Shown: in pieces, positions 40,544-49,264 of the stretch | How positions within the stretch are numbered: the first letter of the stretch is position 1 | How the letters are laid out: each line of letters opens with the position of its first letter | Source: an uncultured bacterium | Lineage (GTDB): Bacteria > Desulfobacterota_D > UBA1144 > Nemesobacterales > UBA2774 | Length of the DNA stretch: 64,000 nucleotides | Direction: 5' to 3' | Assembly: GCA_963825135.1 (NCBI GenBank) | Contig: CAWGRW010000009.1 | Span: 64,001 to 128,000, forward strand | Program-made: the position numbers and the translations under genes | Notes under the pieces: generated by a model | Seen by the model: the letters and a program-made list of their open reading frames with translations, nothing else | What the model was told of the DNA's origin: nothing | Database searches by the model: none

Positions 40544-40734
40544 TGTAAATTACCTCCTGTAATTTATTTAGAATCAGACCCCGGAGCTCGCGCCCCGGGC
40601 TTTTTTCTCTATGTTGTGGTCAGATTTACTCCCAACTCCCTTATCCTCATCATATTATAAAACATCAAACTTAATCAATCGAATCGGCATATCTCCCGCC
40701 GGCGGGCCGCTTCCGAAACACGCCCGCGTAAAGC

Positions 40735-41673
40735 TCACTGCGTTATCTCCGTCCCGCCCTTTCCGTTGATGGCCGCGTCCATCTTCTCGGCCGAGGTGAT
40801 GACAGCCTTCTTCCCGCCCGCGCGGAGGAAGCTTATGGCGGCTTCGATCTTGGGCCCCATGCTCCCCGGGGGGAAATGCCCTTCGGCGTGATACCGCTCG
40901 GCTTCTTCGAGCGTGATCCTGGAAAGGAGCTTCTCCTCGGGCTTCCCGAAATTTATCGCGACCTTCTCGACCGGAGTAATGAGGACGAGTATCTCCGCCC
41001 CTATGAGCGTCGCCAGCTTCTGCGCGGCGAAATCTTTGTCGATTACGGCGGCTACTCCCTTGAGCTTCCCCTTCTTGTCCTTTAACACGGGTATGCCGCC
41101 CCCGCCGCAGGCGATCACGACGTACCCCCTGTCGGCCATTTCCGAGATCTCCCTCTTCTCCACTATATCTATGGGCCTGGGCGAGGGCACGACGCGCCTG
41201 TATCCGCGCCCCGAGTCCTCCTTCATCACCCAGCCCTCCCTCTTCCGGAGGTTCCTGCTCTCCTCCTCGGTGAAGAACGGGCCTATGAACTTCGTCGGGT
41301 TCTGAAACGCCGGGTCGTCTTCGGAGACCACGACCTGCGTCACGAATGCGACGGTCGGGTTCGACATCTTCTTTTCCGTGAACAGGTTCCGTAGCCTCTG
41401 CTCTATCATGTACCCGATCTGCCCCTGGGTCATGGCGTTACAGACATCGAGTGGCATGGGCGGTATCGACGAGGACAGGCTCTCCTGCTGCATGAGGAAA
41501 TTCCCCACCTGCGGGCCGTTGCCGTGCGTTATCACGACCCTGTATCCCATATCGAAAAGGCCCATGAGCTTCCTGCACATCTTATCGGTCTTCATTATCT
41601 GCTCTACGTAAGTGCTCTTGCCTTTATGGTCCATCAGGGCGTTACCCCCGAAGGCTACTACCGCTGTCTTCAT
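40735..41673 (-). CDS. arcC: Carbamate kinase
   Basis: AFGGNAL, THGNGPQVG, QGQIGY, PTKFIG, RRVVPSP, VIDKD, GSMGPK. Confidence 0.95.
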   Translation of the reverse strand: MKTAVVAFGGNALMDHKGKSTYVEQIMKTDKMCRKLMGLFDMGYRVVITHGNGPQVGNFLMQQESLSSSIPPMPLDVCNAMTQGQIGYMIEQRLRNLFTEKKMSNPTVAFVTQVVVSEDDPAFQNPTKFIGPFFTEEESRNLRKREGWVMKEDSGRGYRRVVPSPRPIDIVEKREISEMADRGYVVIACGGGGIPVLKDKKGKLKGVAAVIDKDFAAQKLATLIGAEILVLITPVEKVAINFGKPEEKLLSRITLEEAERYHAEGHFPPGSMGPKIEAAISFLRAGGKKAVITSAEKMDAAINGKGGTEITQ

Positions 41674-43246
41674 AATATCCCCCTGTCTGTTTCTCCCTCT
41701 CCCCCGGCCGTTATCCAGCCCGCCACCCTCGACGCGAGGGCATTGGTCGGAAAGACCATCACGCCTTCTTTCCTGAGCTTCTCTTCCTGGTCACGGAGTC
41801 CCTGGGGGTCCCGCTCCGTGCCGCACACGTGAGCGACGTACGCGACAGAGCGCCCCTTTTTCCGGGCGGCCGCCTTCGCCGCCCTTATCGCCGGCAGGAG
41901 GTCCCCCGCCGGGTCGGGGCTCGCGACGTGGCCGAGCACGACGTCGAAGAGTATCACCGCGACTTCGGGCTTCGCGGCTTCGCTCAGGAGCCTTTCGCTC
42001 CGGAGCGTCGCGTCTATCATCGGGTGCGGGCGTCCGACCGTGAACTCCTCCTCCCCCAGATCGACGCACGTGTTGCCTACGCTGACGTTTGAGTCCTTCA
42101 GCTTGTTTTTCTTGTTTAGAGGCGCGTTCGAATATACGTCCCCGAGCGACAGGGTGAGTATCTGCTGCGCCTCGTAGCAGAGCGTACCTCCCGAGAATAG
42201 CCCCCTCAGGTAACGCTGATTGCGCTTCCGCGAGCGGACGTATTTCCCGGCCTGCCTCTTCCAGCTCTTTCCAGCGCCGGGGGCGTGCTTCTTAATGCCC
42301 CCGTTTACGAGGGCGAGCGCCGAGAAAGCGGCTTCTTCGAGAGTCGATACGAGCTTTATATTCTCGTCTTCCGGCAGGCGCAGACCGTGCCCCAGGAAGC
42401 ATACGACGGCGGGCTTTCCGGTCTCGCCTATCGCGGCGAGTATCTTTTCCGCCACATTTTTCGAAGGCGGCTTCGAGACGACGAGCAGCGCCTTCGTATT
42501 ATTATCGCTACCCAGTATCCTGAGCGCTGCGAGCGTCATTATCCCGCCCACTTCCCCCGACAGGTCCCTTCCCCCGACCCCTATAGCGTGCGTGATGCCG
42601 GAGCCCAAGTTGCTAATGAGGCTCGTCACCTCCTGCATGCCCGTGCCGGCGGCGGCTATCACACCTATCGGGCCCCTCTCCACGACGTTTGCGAACCCGA
42701 GCCCCGTGCCGTTTATTATCGCCGTGCCGCAGCCCGGGCCCATGACCAGGAGCCCGCGCCCGGACGCCCTTCTTTTTAGCTCTATTTCTTCTTCTACCGT
42801 TACGTTGTCGCTGAATAAAAATGTGTGAAGCCCCTTTTCTATGGCCTTCGAGACCTCGAGCTTCGCGTACTCCCCCGGCACCGAAATGAGCGCGATATTC
42901 GCCGCCGGAAGGACGTTCAACGCGGTATCGAGCCCCTTCACCGCCTCGGCCGTCCCCGCCCGCCGGGCGCCCTGAGGGGCAAGGAGCGAATCGAGCATGC
43001 CCATCGCTTCGCTGCGCCTTTGACTCCGTCTCGGCCTCGACCGCGACGATGAGGTCGTTCGCGCTCGCCTGCTCCGGGGCCTCCGTGATGAGCCCGGCTT
43101 CCCTGAGCATTTTCAGATTGGCTTCGGTCGCCATTATCGCCGAGGCCTTTTTTATACCGGGCAGAGCCGGAGAGCTTCCGGCTGAGCTGCATGAGCTTTA
43201 GCGAGTCCTGGTAATGATTCTTTTTAATTATGCTGGCTATCGCCAT
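41670..43246 (-). CDS. fdrA: FdrA (AllF)-like acyl-CoA synthetase-fold protein (frameshifts near 43165 and 43010)
   Basis: MAIASIIKKNHYQDSLKLM / MATEANL...NDLIVAVEA / ISVPGEYA, FSDNV, MGPGCGT, GLFSGGTLCYEA, GRPHPMID, GTERDPQ across three frames. Confidence 0.88.
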
Positions 43247-43308
43247 AATAGTTCCTTTACCGACTTCCAACCCGTCCCGCGAACCCGGCGCCGCCTGCGT
43301 CCGCAATC

Positions 43309-44604
43309 TCAGGCCGCGAGCTTATGTCTCTGCCCATACGCCGTGACCGCCTTTACGAAACATTCGTAAGGCGCCCTCACTATCCCCGCTCCTATCTGCC
43401 CCGCGCCCGAGCTCTTATGCACGACGGCGCTGTTGATGCTGGGCAGTATCCCCGTCTCGACCACTTTCCTGAGGTCTATGCCCGTGGGCGTGCCCTCGAA
43501 GTCGAGTGCCGGTATTCCGAACTTCGGGTTTTTAAGAGTCGTTATGAGCTGCATTCTCTTCGTGATGCTTATAGATTCCCGGACGCCCCCGCCCGCGAAC
43601 GCGGCCATTGAAGGCGCGGCCGCTATGGCGAACCCGCCTAATCCCATGGTCTCGATTATGGAGCTGTCCCCTATATCGGGCGCGCCGTCCTCCGCGCTGT
43701 ATCCCGGATTGTAGAGCGCGTCGAGGAGATATGGCGCCGGGGCGGTGAACCACGCGTCGCCGAGCCCGCTGACTTTTATGCCGAAGTCGGTCCCGTTCCG
43801 GGACATGGCCGTAACTATGGTCGAATCCTCTATCCCGTGCGCGGCGTCCATGGCGAGCTTGCACGCGGTCATAGTGATGTTGAGGAAGAAGTGGCTGTTC
43901 CCCGCTATGAACCTGTAGACCTCGAGCGCCCTCTCGCGGGGCAGGTCGAGCTTGAAGAGCGTCTCGGCGATTATCTTGAGGAATATGTTCGTCGACGCGG
44001 CGTGCCTGTTGTGGCACTCGTCCCCCATCTGTATGCCCTGGGCGAGTATGCTCCACACGGGTATTCCGCCCGTCATGCCGAGGGCCTTTTTCATTACGGG
44101 GGCGAGCACGTCCCTCATCCACCTGAGCCGCTTTATCGTCTCTTCCCCCACGGAGCCGAACCAGAGGACCTTGCCTCCGCCCTCGTTGAACGTCGAATAG
44201 ACGGTCCTGCCGTGAGTTATGTCCTTCGTCACTATGACGGGCATCGAGGGGGAGATTATCCCCGTCATCGGGCCCACGGCGTCGTGATAGTGATTGGGAG
44301 AAAATTTTATTTTTTTCGATTTGATCAGCGCCTCCGCGCCCTTGTCGTCATGGGCGAGGCCCTCGAATATGAGCGCGCCCCTGACGGCCCTCTTCATCGC
44401 GTCGCACATCCTCTGCCATGTGACGGGAGGCCCCGCGTGGAGTATCGTGTCCGGGGTCATCCCCGGAACGGACGAGAGCGCGGTATCTACGCCCGACAGC
44501 ACGGGCTCCGTCGAGAGGAGCCTCTCTAACGCGCGCGCGTTTGACTCCCTTATGCGGTCGCCCATGTATCTCTCTACGGGCTTTTCGGCCCCTTTAATAG
44601 ACAT
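43309..44604 (-). CDS. DUF1116 / YlbE (AllG)-like protein
   Basis: ILHAGPP, AVGPMTGIISPSMP, MGDECHNR, HFFLN, RNGTDFGI, DIGDS, GQIGAG. Confidence 0.92.
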   Translation of the reverse strand: MSIKGAEKPVERYMGDRIRESNARALERLLSTEPVLSGVDTALSSVPGMTPDTILHAGPPVTWQRMCDAMKRAVRGALIFEGLAHDDKGAEALIKSKKIKFSPNHYHDAVGPMTGIISPSMPVIVTKDITHGRTVYSTFNEGGGKVLWFGSVGEETIKRLRWMRDVLAPVMKKALGMTGGIPVWSILAQGIQMGDECHNRHAASTNIFLKIIAETLFKLDLPRERALEVYRFIAGNSHFFLNITMTACKLAMDAAHGIEDSTIVTAMSRNGTDFGIKVSGLGDAWFTAPAPYLLDALYNPGYSAEDGAPDIGDSSIIETMGLGGFAIAAAPSMAAFAGGGVRESISITKRMQLITTLKNPKFGIPALDFEGTPTGIDLRKVVETGILPSINSAVVHKSSGAGQIGAGIVRAPYECFVKAVTAYGQRHKLAA

Positions 44605-44628
44605 TCTACCGTTTTCTCCCCCCGCCCG

Positions 44629-45216
44629 TTATGATGGCGGGACTGCCAGTATCCAAAGTAATTTGGCCTTGCTCTGTCCCACGTTTCTCCATTTGTGTTC
44701 GAGGAGCGTCCTGAAGTGGATGCTGTCTCCGGGGGCGAGCGTGTACGTTTTATCGTACACCTGGAACTCCACTTTCCCGTTGATGCAGTAAACCAGCTCC
44801 TCTCCCCTGTGCTTCATCGGCGTCTTGCCGCTCGACGCCCCGACCTCGAGCACCGAGTACGCGGCGGTCATGATGAAATCCCCGTACTTCGTGGCCGATA
44901 TGCCCTGGAGCTCGAGCCCTTTTTTAAACGTGAGTATCGGCTCGCGCTCATTCGCCGAAACAAAAACCACGTCGCTGTCCTCTTTTTTTTCTTCTATGAA
45001 ATGGCTCACCTTTTTTCCGAGCGCGTCCGAGATCTTCATCATCGTCGTGATGGTGGGGGTTATGCCGTTTGACTCGATCTTGTGAATCGCCGCGGCCGAG
45101 ACGCCCGATTTATTCGCGAGATCCTTGAGCGAGAGACCCCTCTCGGTACGCATGTTTTTTATCTTCTCGCCGAGCCTCGATACTATGTGATCTATCCGAT
45201 ATTTCTCAGCCGCCAT
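44629..45216 (-). CDS. XRE-family HTH plus cupin transcriptional regulator
   Basis: LSLKDLANKSGVSAAAIHKIE...HRGEE...GDSIHF...HKWRN. Confidence 0.92.
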   Translation of the reverse strand: MAAEKYRIDHIVSRLGEKIKNMRTERGLSLKDLANKSGVSAAAIHKIESNGITPTITTMMKISDALGKKVSHFIEEKKEDSDVVFVSANEREPILTFKKGLELQGISATKYGDFIMTAAYSVLEVGASSGKTPMKHRGEELVYCINGKVEFQVYDKTYTLAPGDSIHFRTLLEHKWRNVGQSKAKLLWILAVPPS

Positions 45217-46192
45217 TTTTCACCTGTGGGGTATTTACGGGATTCACGCCTATTAGAGGCTCTTCGTCAAAATTCCAGAACATCGCTTTTTCGCCGCCGT
45301 CCGTGAAGTAAACCCTGCTGTCGTTTATGACCCGGCCTATCGTTTCGCATACGAGGCCCCCGTCCCTGAACCTGTCCTTTATATATTGCGTCTTATCCGG
45401 CCGGGACGAGATGATGAACCCGTAACTCGGGAATGTCAGGAGCCACTTTTGGAGCGGCACGTCCCCGGGCGCAGGGATGCGGTCGAGATAGATTTCGGCC
45501 CCGGCCTTCGAGCCCTCGAGCAGCATGAGCGCTGAGCCTATGAGCCCGGCCATGCTCACGTCCTTTGCGGCGTCGGCGAGCCCCTCTTCCGCGAGCCGCG
45601 GAAGTATTTCGAGCTGCCGCCTGAGCTCGTCTTCGGCGAGCGCGCTCGAGGAGTCCCAGAAATTAAACGCCGGGTAGAACCTGCCTTCGAGGTCGGCGGC
45701 GAGAATAATGTCGTCGCCTTCGAGTGCGCCGAAGCCCGAGAGCAGGCGCTCGGCCTTTCCCAATATAAAAACAGACAGGGAGCCGGATTCGGCGTCTAAC
45801 GTCGTGTGCCCGCCCACTACAGGGACGCCGTAACGCCCGGCGTTGTCCCTTATGCCGCGCAGCACCTCTCCGGCGCTCTCCAGGTCTTTAGAGAAGAGCA
45901 CGTCCACTAGCGCGACGGGCCTCCCGCCCATCGCGTATATATCGTTCACGTTCGTGAGCACGGAAGTCCTGCCCGCGAGGTACGGATTCGAATCGAGGAG
46001 CGGCTGGTACACGCCTTCAGCGGCGAGCAGCAGATATCCGTCCCCGGATTTTATGGCCGCCGCGTCGTCGCCCAGAAGTATGTCGTTCCCGTCTATGCGG
46101 GGCGCGAGCGGGAAGTACCGCCAGAGGCCCGCGAGGTACTGCTTCTGAACGAGCCTGGTTGAGGATTTGAGTGTCCGGATCAGATTCTGCAA
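45206..46192 (-). CDS. sll0787-family AIR-synthase-related protein (NitF-like)
   Basis: GDDAAAI, LLAAEG, NVNDIYAMGGRP, VGGHT, AKDVSMAG, FPSYGF. Confidence 0.9.
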   Translation of the reverse strand: MQNLIRTLKSSTRLVQKQYLAGLWRYFPLAPRIDGNDILLGDDAAAIKSGDGYLLLAAEGVYQPLLDSNPYLAGRTSVLTNVNDIYAMGGRPVALVDVLFSKDLESAGEVLRGIRDNAGRYGVPVVGGHTTLDAESGSLSVFILGKAERLLSGFGALEGDDIILAADLEGRFYPAFNFWDSSSALAEDELRRQLEILPRLAEEGLADAAKDVSMAGLIGSALMLLEGSKAGAEIYLDRIPAPGDVPLQKWLLTFPSYGFIISSRPDKTQYIKDRFRDGGLVCETIGRVINDSRVYFTDGGEKAMFWNFDEEPLIGVNPVNTPQVKNGG

Positions 46193-46211
46193 ACGCGCTT
46201 CCTTTACTCTT

Positions 46212-46703
46212 TTATGCGGAGTGGAGGTCCGCTTCCATCAGCTGGTGCGTGACGCCTTCGTATTCGACCGGGTCGCCCGCGGGCTTCCAGTCGAGCCTCT
46301 TGAAAAAATTCACGTTCTGAGGCTGCACGTACGCGAGGAATTTTTTGCATCCCCTCGATTTGACCGTCTCTACGGCGAACCTGACGAGTCCCGAGCCCAC
46401 GCGGCCGTTCCTGTAGCCGTTGGCCGCCGTGAGTCTCCCGCCGTACCACGTGTCGTTACCCGTCGTATAGCACCTCACTCCCCCTACCATGACTCCGTCC
46501 GGGCCCTTGAGCGCGATTATGTGTATCGCCCCCCGGTCGCGCTCGTCCACGTCCGTGCCGCTGAATATCTTCTGCTCTTCGACGAATACCGCGTGACGGA
46601 GCCTGAAATAATTACCGAGCTCTTCCCCGTTCTCCGCGATCTTGAATGTGTATTCCCCGGATTTTCGAATGTGCGCTTCCCCAACCTGTTTGAATGTGTT
46701 CAT
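46212..46703 (-). CDS. MSMEG_0567 N-terminal-type GNAT protein (NitE-like)
   Basis: LRHAVFVEEQKIF...DERD...WYGGRL...GCKKFLAYVQPQNVNFF...HQLMEADL. Start placed at ATG 46703 because GTG 46748 overlaps the -10. Confidence 0.88.
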   Translation of the reverse strand: MNTFKQVGEAHIRKSGEYTFKIAENGEELGNYFRLRHAVFVEEQKIFSGTDVDERDRGAIHIIALKGPDGVMVGGVRCYTTGNDTWYGGRLTAANGYRNGRVGSGLVRFAVETVKSRGCKKFLAYVQPQNVNFFKRLDWKPAGDPVEYEGVTHQLMEADLHSA

Positions 46704-46746
46704 CCGCGGTCCCGGAACACCTGCCGGCCCGTCCACTATATTGGAC

Positions 46747-46775
46747 ACTATATCAACTTTAGTAAATCAAGTCAA
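46747..46775 (-). promoter_or_regulatory. Sigma70 promoter of the 19-gene cluster
   Basis: TTGACT (46775-46770)-17 nt-TATAGT (46752-46747). Confidence 0.75.
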
Positions 46776-46858
46776 GAATATTCCGGGCGCGGAAGAACGC
46801 GGTGCGCCCGTCATTCGGAGCCCCGTGTTTAATGAGGATCAAGCGGTTTGCGGACGCC

Positions 46859-46887
46859 TTGACTAGCGGGTATTAATTTCCTATAAT
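46859..46887 (+). promoter_or_regulatory. Divergent sigma70 promoter
   Basis: TTGACT-17 nt-TATAAT. Confidence 0.8.
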
Positions 46888-46916
46888 GTACGGAGCATAT
46901 ACTATAGGAAAACAAC

Positions 46917-47291
46917 ATGCCCATCTATGAATACCACTGTCCCAAGTGCCGGAAGGAAGTAAGTATTTTTTTCCTGACCGTGTCGGAGGCCCTGGAAAGA
47001 AAGCCGGCGTGCCCCGAATGCGGGAGTAAAAAGCTCGCGCGGGTCATCTCGAATATCTCTACGGTATCGAAAGCGGACAGCGCCAAAGAGACAGGCGTCC
47101 CGAAGGCCGGAGCCCCGGGTGAAGACACCGCTTCCCTCGCCCGCATCATGCGCGAGTCGAGCCGGAAGTCGAAGACCGGCTACGGGGAGCAGTTCAGCGA
47201 GGTAGCGGCCCGTCTCGAAAAAGGGGAGCCGTCGAAATCGATAGAGAAGAAGCTCAGGAAAAGGGTCGGCGAGACAATGGAAACTCATTGA
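46917..47291 (+). CDS. FmdB-family zinc-ribbon protein
   Basis: MPIYEYHCPKC...CPECGS. Confidence 0.88.
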   Translation: MPIYEYHCPKCRKEVSIFFLTVSEALERKPACPECGSKKLARVISNISTVSKADSAKETGVPKAGAPGEDTASLARIMRESSRKSKTGYGEQFSEVAARLEKGEPSKSIEKKLRKRVGETMETH

Positions 47292-47292
47292 C

Positions 47293-47399
47293 GGGGGGCA
47301 GTCCACGGGGCGGATAAGGGGGACAGACGAGCGGGGGCAAACAGGGGGCGGATAAGAGGAACAGGCGGGCGGGGGCAAACAGGGGGCGGACAATGGGGG
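47293..47399 (+). repeat. G-run tract with an exact 22-bp direct repeat
   Basis: Eight G4-G6 runs; GCGGGGGCAAACAGGGGGCGGA at 47331 and 47369. Confidence 0.85.
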
Positions 47400-47499
47400 A
47401 GAATGACCGGCGATAATTAAGCGGGACAGATAGACAAAGACCCGGGGCGGTTAGATAAAGACAATGGGTCAAAAAACAAAGACAAAAGGAGACAGTCCG

Positions 47500-48357
47500 A
47501 TGAGCAGCATAGTAAAAAGAAAGAAGATTTTCGATAACCATAGTCACATAGGGCCTGTGCCCGGCTTCGCTTACTACGGCCTGCCTCAGGCGGTGAAACC
47601 CACGACGGATTACGATAAGACAGAGGACTATATAAAAGGTATGGACAAGCACGGTGTCGACCGCGCCCTGGTCATGTCGAATTACGGCTACCCGGATTCG
47701 GCGCAGCCGTTCACGCTGAACCCGCTAGTCGCGGACAGCGCGCAGAAAACGGACAGGCTCATGGGGGCCATATGGGTCTCGGCGCTTCCCAAGGACAAGG
47801 AGCGCACGACCGAGGCGCTCAAGCTCATAGGCGAAAAGGGGCTCGTAGCGTTAAAGACGACCTGCCTCCTCGGAGGGACGTTTAACCCCGAGCAGTGGGA
47901 CAAGGAATCGGAAGAGCTCTGGACGATGATCCTCGACGCGGCCGCGGCTCACGACATGCCGTTCCACATACACACGAGCCCGGGCGGGGGGTCGGACATC
48001 GACGGCGCGCTCGCTCTTATCAGGAAATTCGGAAAGAAGGCAAAGATACACGTCGTCCACATGGGCGGCGGGGTGAGCGGCCATATCAAGTTCGTCCCCA
48101 GGTTCTTCGAGCTCGTGGAAGAGGGCTATCAGGTCTATACGGACTCGTCCTGGGCCGTAGGGTTCGGCTCGACGTGGCTCCTCGAGGAGATAGAGCGGAG
48201 AGGCGTCGGAGGCGACCGCTTCCTGTTCGGCTCCGATATACCGTGGAGCGATTTCGCGTCCGAGTACTGGAAGATAGAAGGCGCCGACGTATCGGAAAAA
48301 CTGAAAGCGGATATATTCTGGAACAACGCCGAGAAGCTCTACGGCAAGTTCTGGTGA
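47500..48357 (+). CDS. Amidohydrolase_2 family metal-dependent hydrolase
   Basis: DNHSH, HIHT, VHMGG, YTDSS, FGSDIPW, NAEKLY; AAGGAG RBS. Confidence 0.9.
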   Translation: MSSIVKRKKIFDNHSHIGPVPGFAYYGLPQAVKPTTDYDKTEDYIKGMDKHGVDRALVMSNYGYPDSAQPFTLNPLVADSAQKTDRLMGAIWVSALPKDKERTTEALKLIGEKGLVALKTTCLLGGTFNPEQWDKESEELWTMILDAAAAHDMPFHIHTSPGGGSDIDGALALIRKFGKKAKIHVVHMGGGVSGHIKFVPRFFELVEEGYQVYTDSSWAVGFGSTWLLEEIERRGVGGDRFLFGSDIPWSDFASEYWKIEGADVSEKLKADIFWNNAEKLYGKFW

Positions 48358-48497
48358 TCAATCCGGCCGATTGCAAATAATCCGGCGGCTCTTGCGTCTC
48401 CCGCGGCGAAAGTCAGCGCAGCACCGCGCGCTTCGGGGTTGAATTCACCGCCTCCGGCCGGTTAATATTAAATACGCTCTATCCACGGCGTCAATTA

Positions 48498-49100
48498 ATG
48501 AACACGGTCGCTAATTCTTCATTCGGTCTATTCCTCAAGAAGGACTTTCTCGATGCGGAGCTGTGCAGCGCAGTCCGGTCGGAGATGTCCTCGTCCGCAG
48601 GGGACCCGGCGTCAATCGTAAAAACAGGCATGCGCCTGATCGACGAAGACACGCGGCGCACCGTGAGAAAAACGGTGTCGGACGAGACGATTTCTCTCCT
48701 CCGCGGCAGGCTGACCTGCGTCAAAAGCGAGCTCGAATCCTATTTCGGCATAGAGCTCTCGCATCCGCAGGAGCCTCAATTCCTTTTTTACAGGCCCGGA
48801 GATTTCTTTCAAGTTCACACCGACTGGAACGCCAACCCGAAAAACCCGGAGACGGTCAGGGAGCGCAAGGTTTCGGCGGTCGTGTTCCTGAACGACGAAT
48901 CGGACGAGCCCGGGGACGATACCTACGCCGGGGGCTCGCTTGTTTTATACGGGATACTGAAGGACCCGCGGTTCGAGTCGAGGGGCTTCAAGGTGCCGGG
49001 CGCCGCCGGAATGCTGCTCGCATTTCGTTCGGACCTCTTTCACGAGGTCACGCCCGTGACGCGCGGGTCGAGATATACCGTGGTTACCTGGTTCGCCTGA
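48498..49100 (+). CDS. 2OG-Fe(II) oxygenase (prolyl-4-hydroxylase-like)
   Basis: HTD, RKVSAVVFLN, GGSL, HEVTPVTRGSRY. Confidence 0.9.
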   Translation: MNTVANSSFGLFLKKDFLDAELCSAVRSEMSSSAGDPASIVKTGMRLIDEDTRRTVRKTVSDETISLLRGRLTCVKSELESYFGIELSHPQEPQFLFYRPGDFFQVHTDWNANPKNPETVRERKVSAVVFLNDESDEPGDDTYAGGSLVLYGILKDPRFESRGFKVPGAAGMLLAFRSDLFHEVTPVTRGSRYTVVTWFA

Positions 49101-49264
49101 CTGCGGTTCAGGCCCGAAATATCTTCATCATTGAAGTGGGCCGGGCGCCGGACATAACATCAACAGGCCTTCACCTCTGCCGTCCGGGAGATGAAAGAAA
49201 CGCGGGGATATCCGCGGGCGGAAGTCCGGGGTATATACGTCCGGGATTCCTTCTTGCCTTATTC

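Noticed and set aside
40575..40640. Guanidine-I (ykkC) riboswitch suggested by AAAAGCCCGGG on the minus strand
   Set aside because: The upstream conserved elements (CUAGGGUUCCG and the P3 5' strand) are not visible; an Infernal search would settle it.
40735..41673. Arginine deiminase pathway
   Set aside because: No arcA, arcB or arcD nearby; the kinase is coupled to fdrA.
45206..46192. HypE, SelD or ThiL assignment
   Set aside because: It lacks the HypE C-terminal Cys and the SelD N-terminal Cys/Sec motif; motifs and context fit the sll0787 family.
28763..48357. Selenocysteine read-through in the cluster
   Set aside because: I saw no in-frame TGA at a conserved Cys position; the breaks are frame changes rather than stops.
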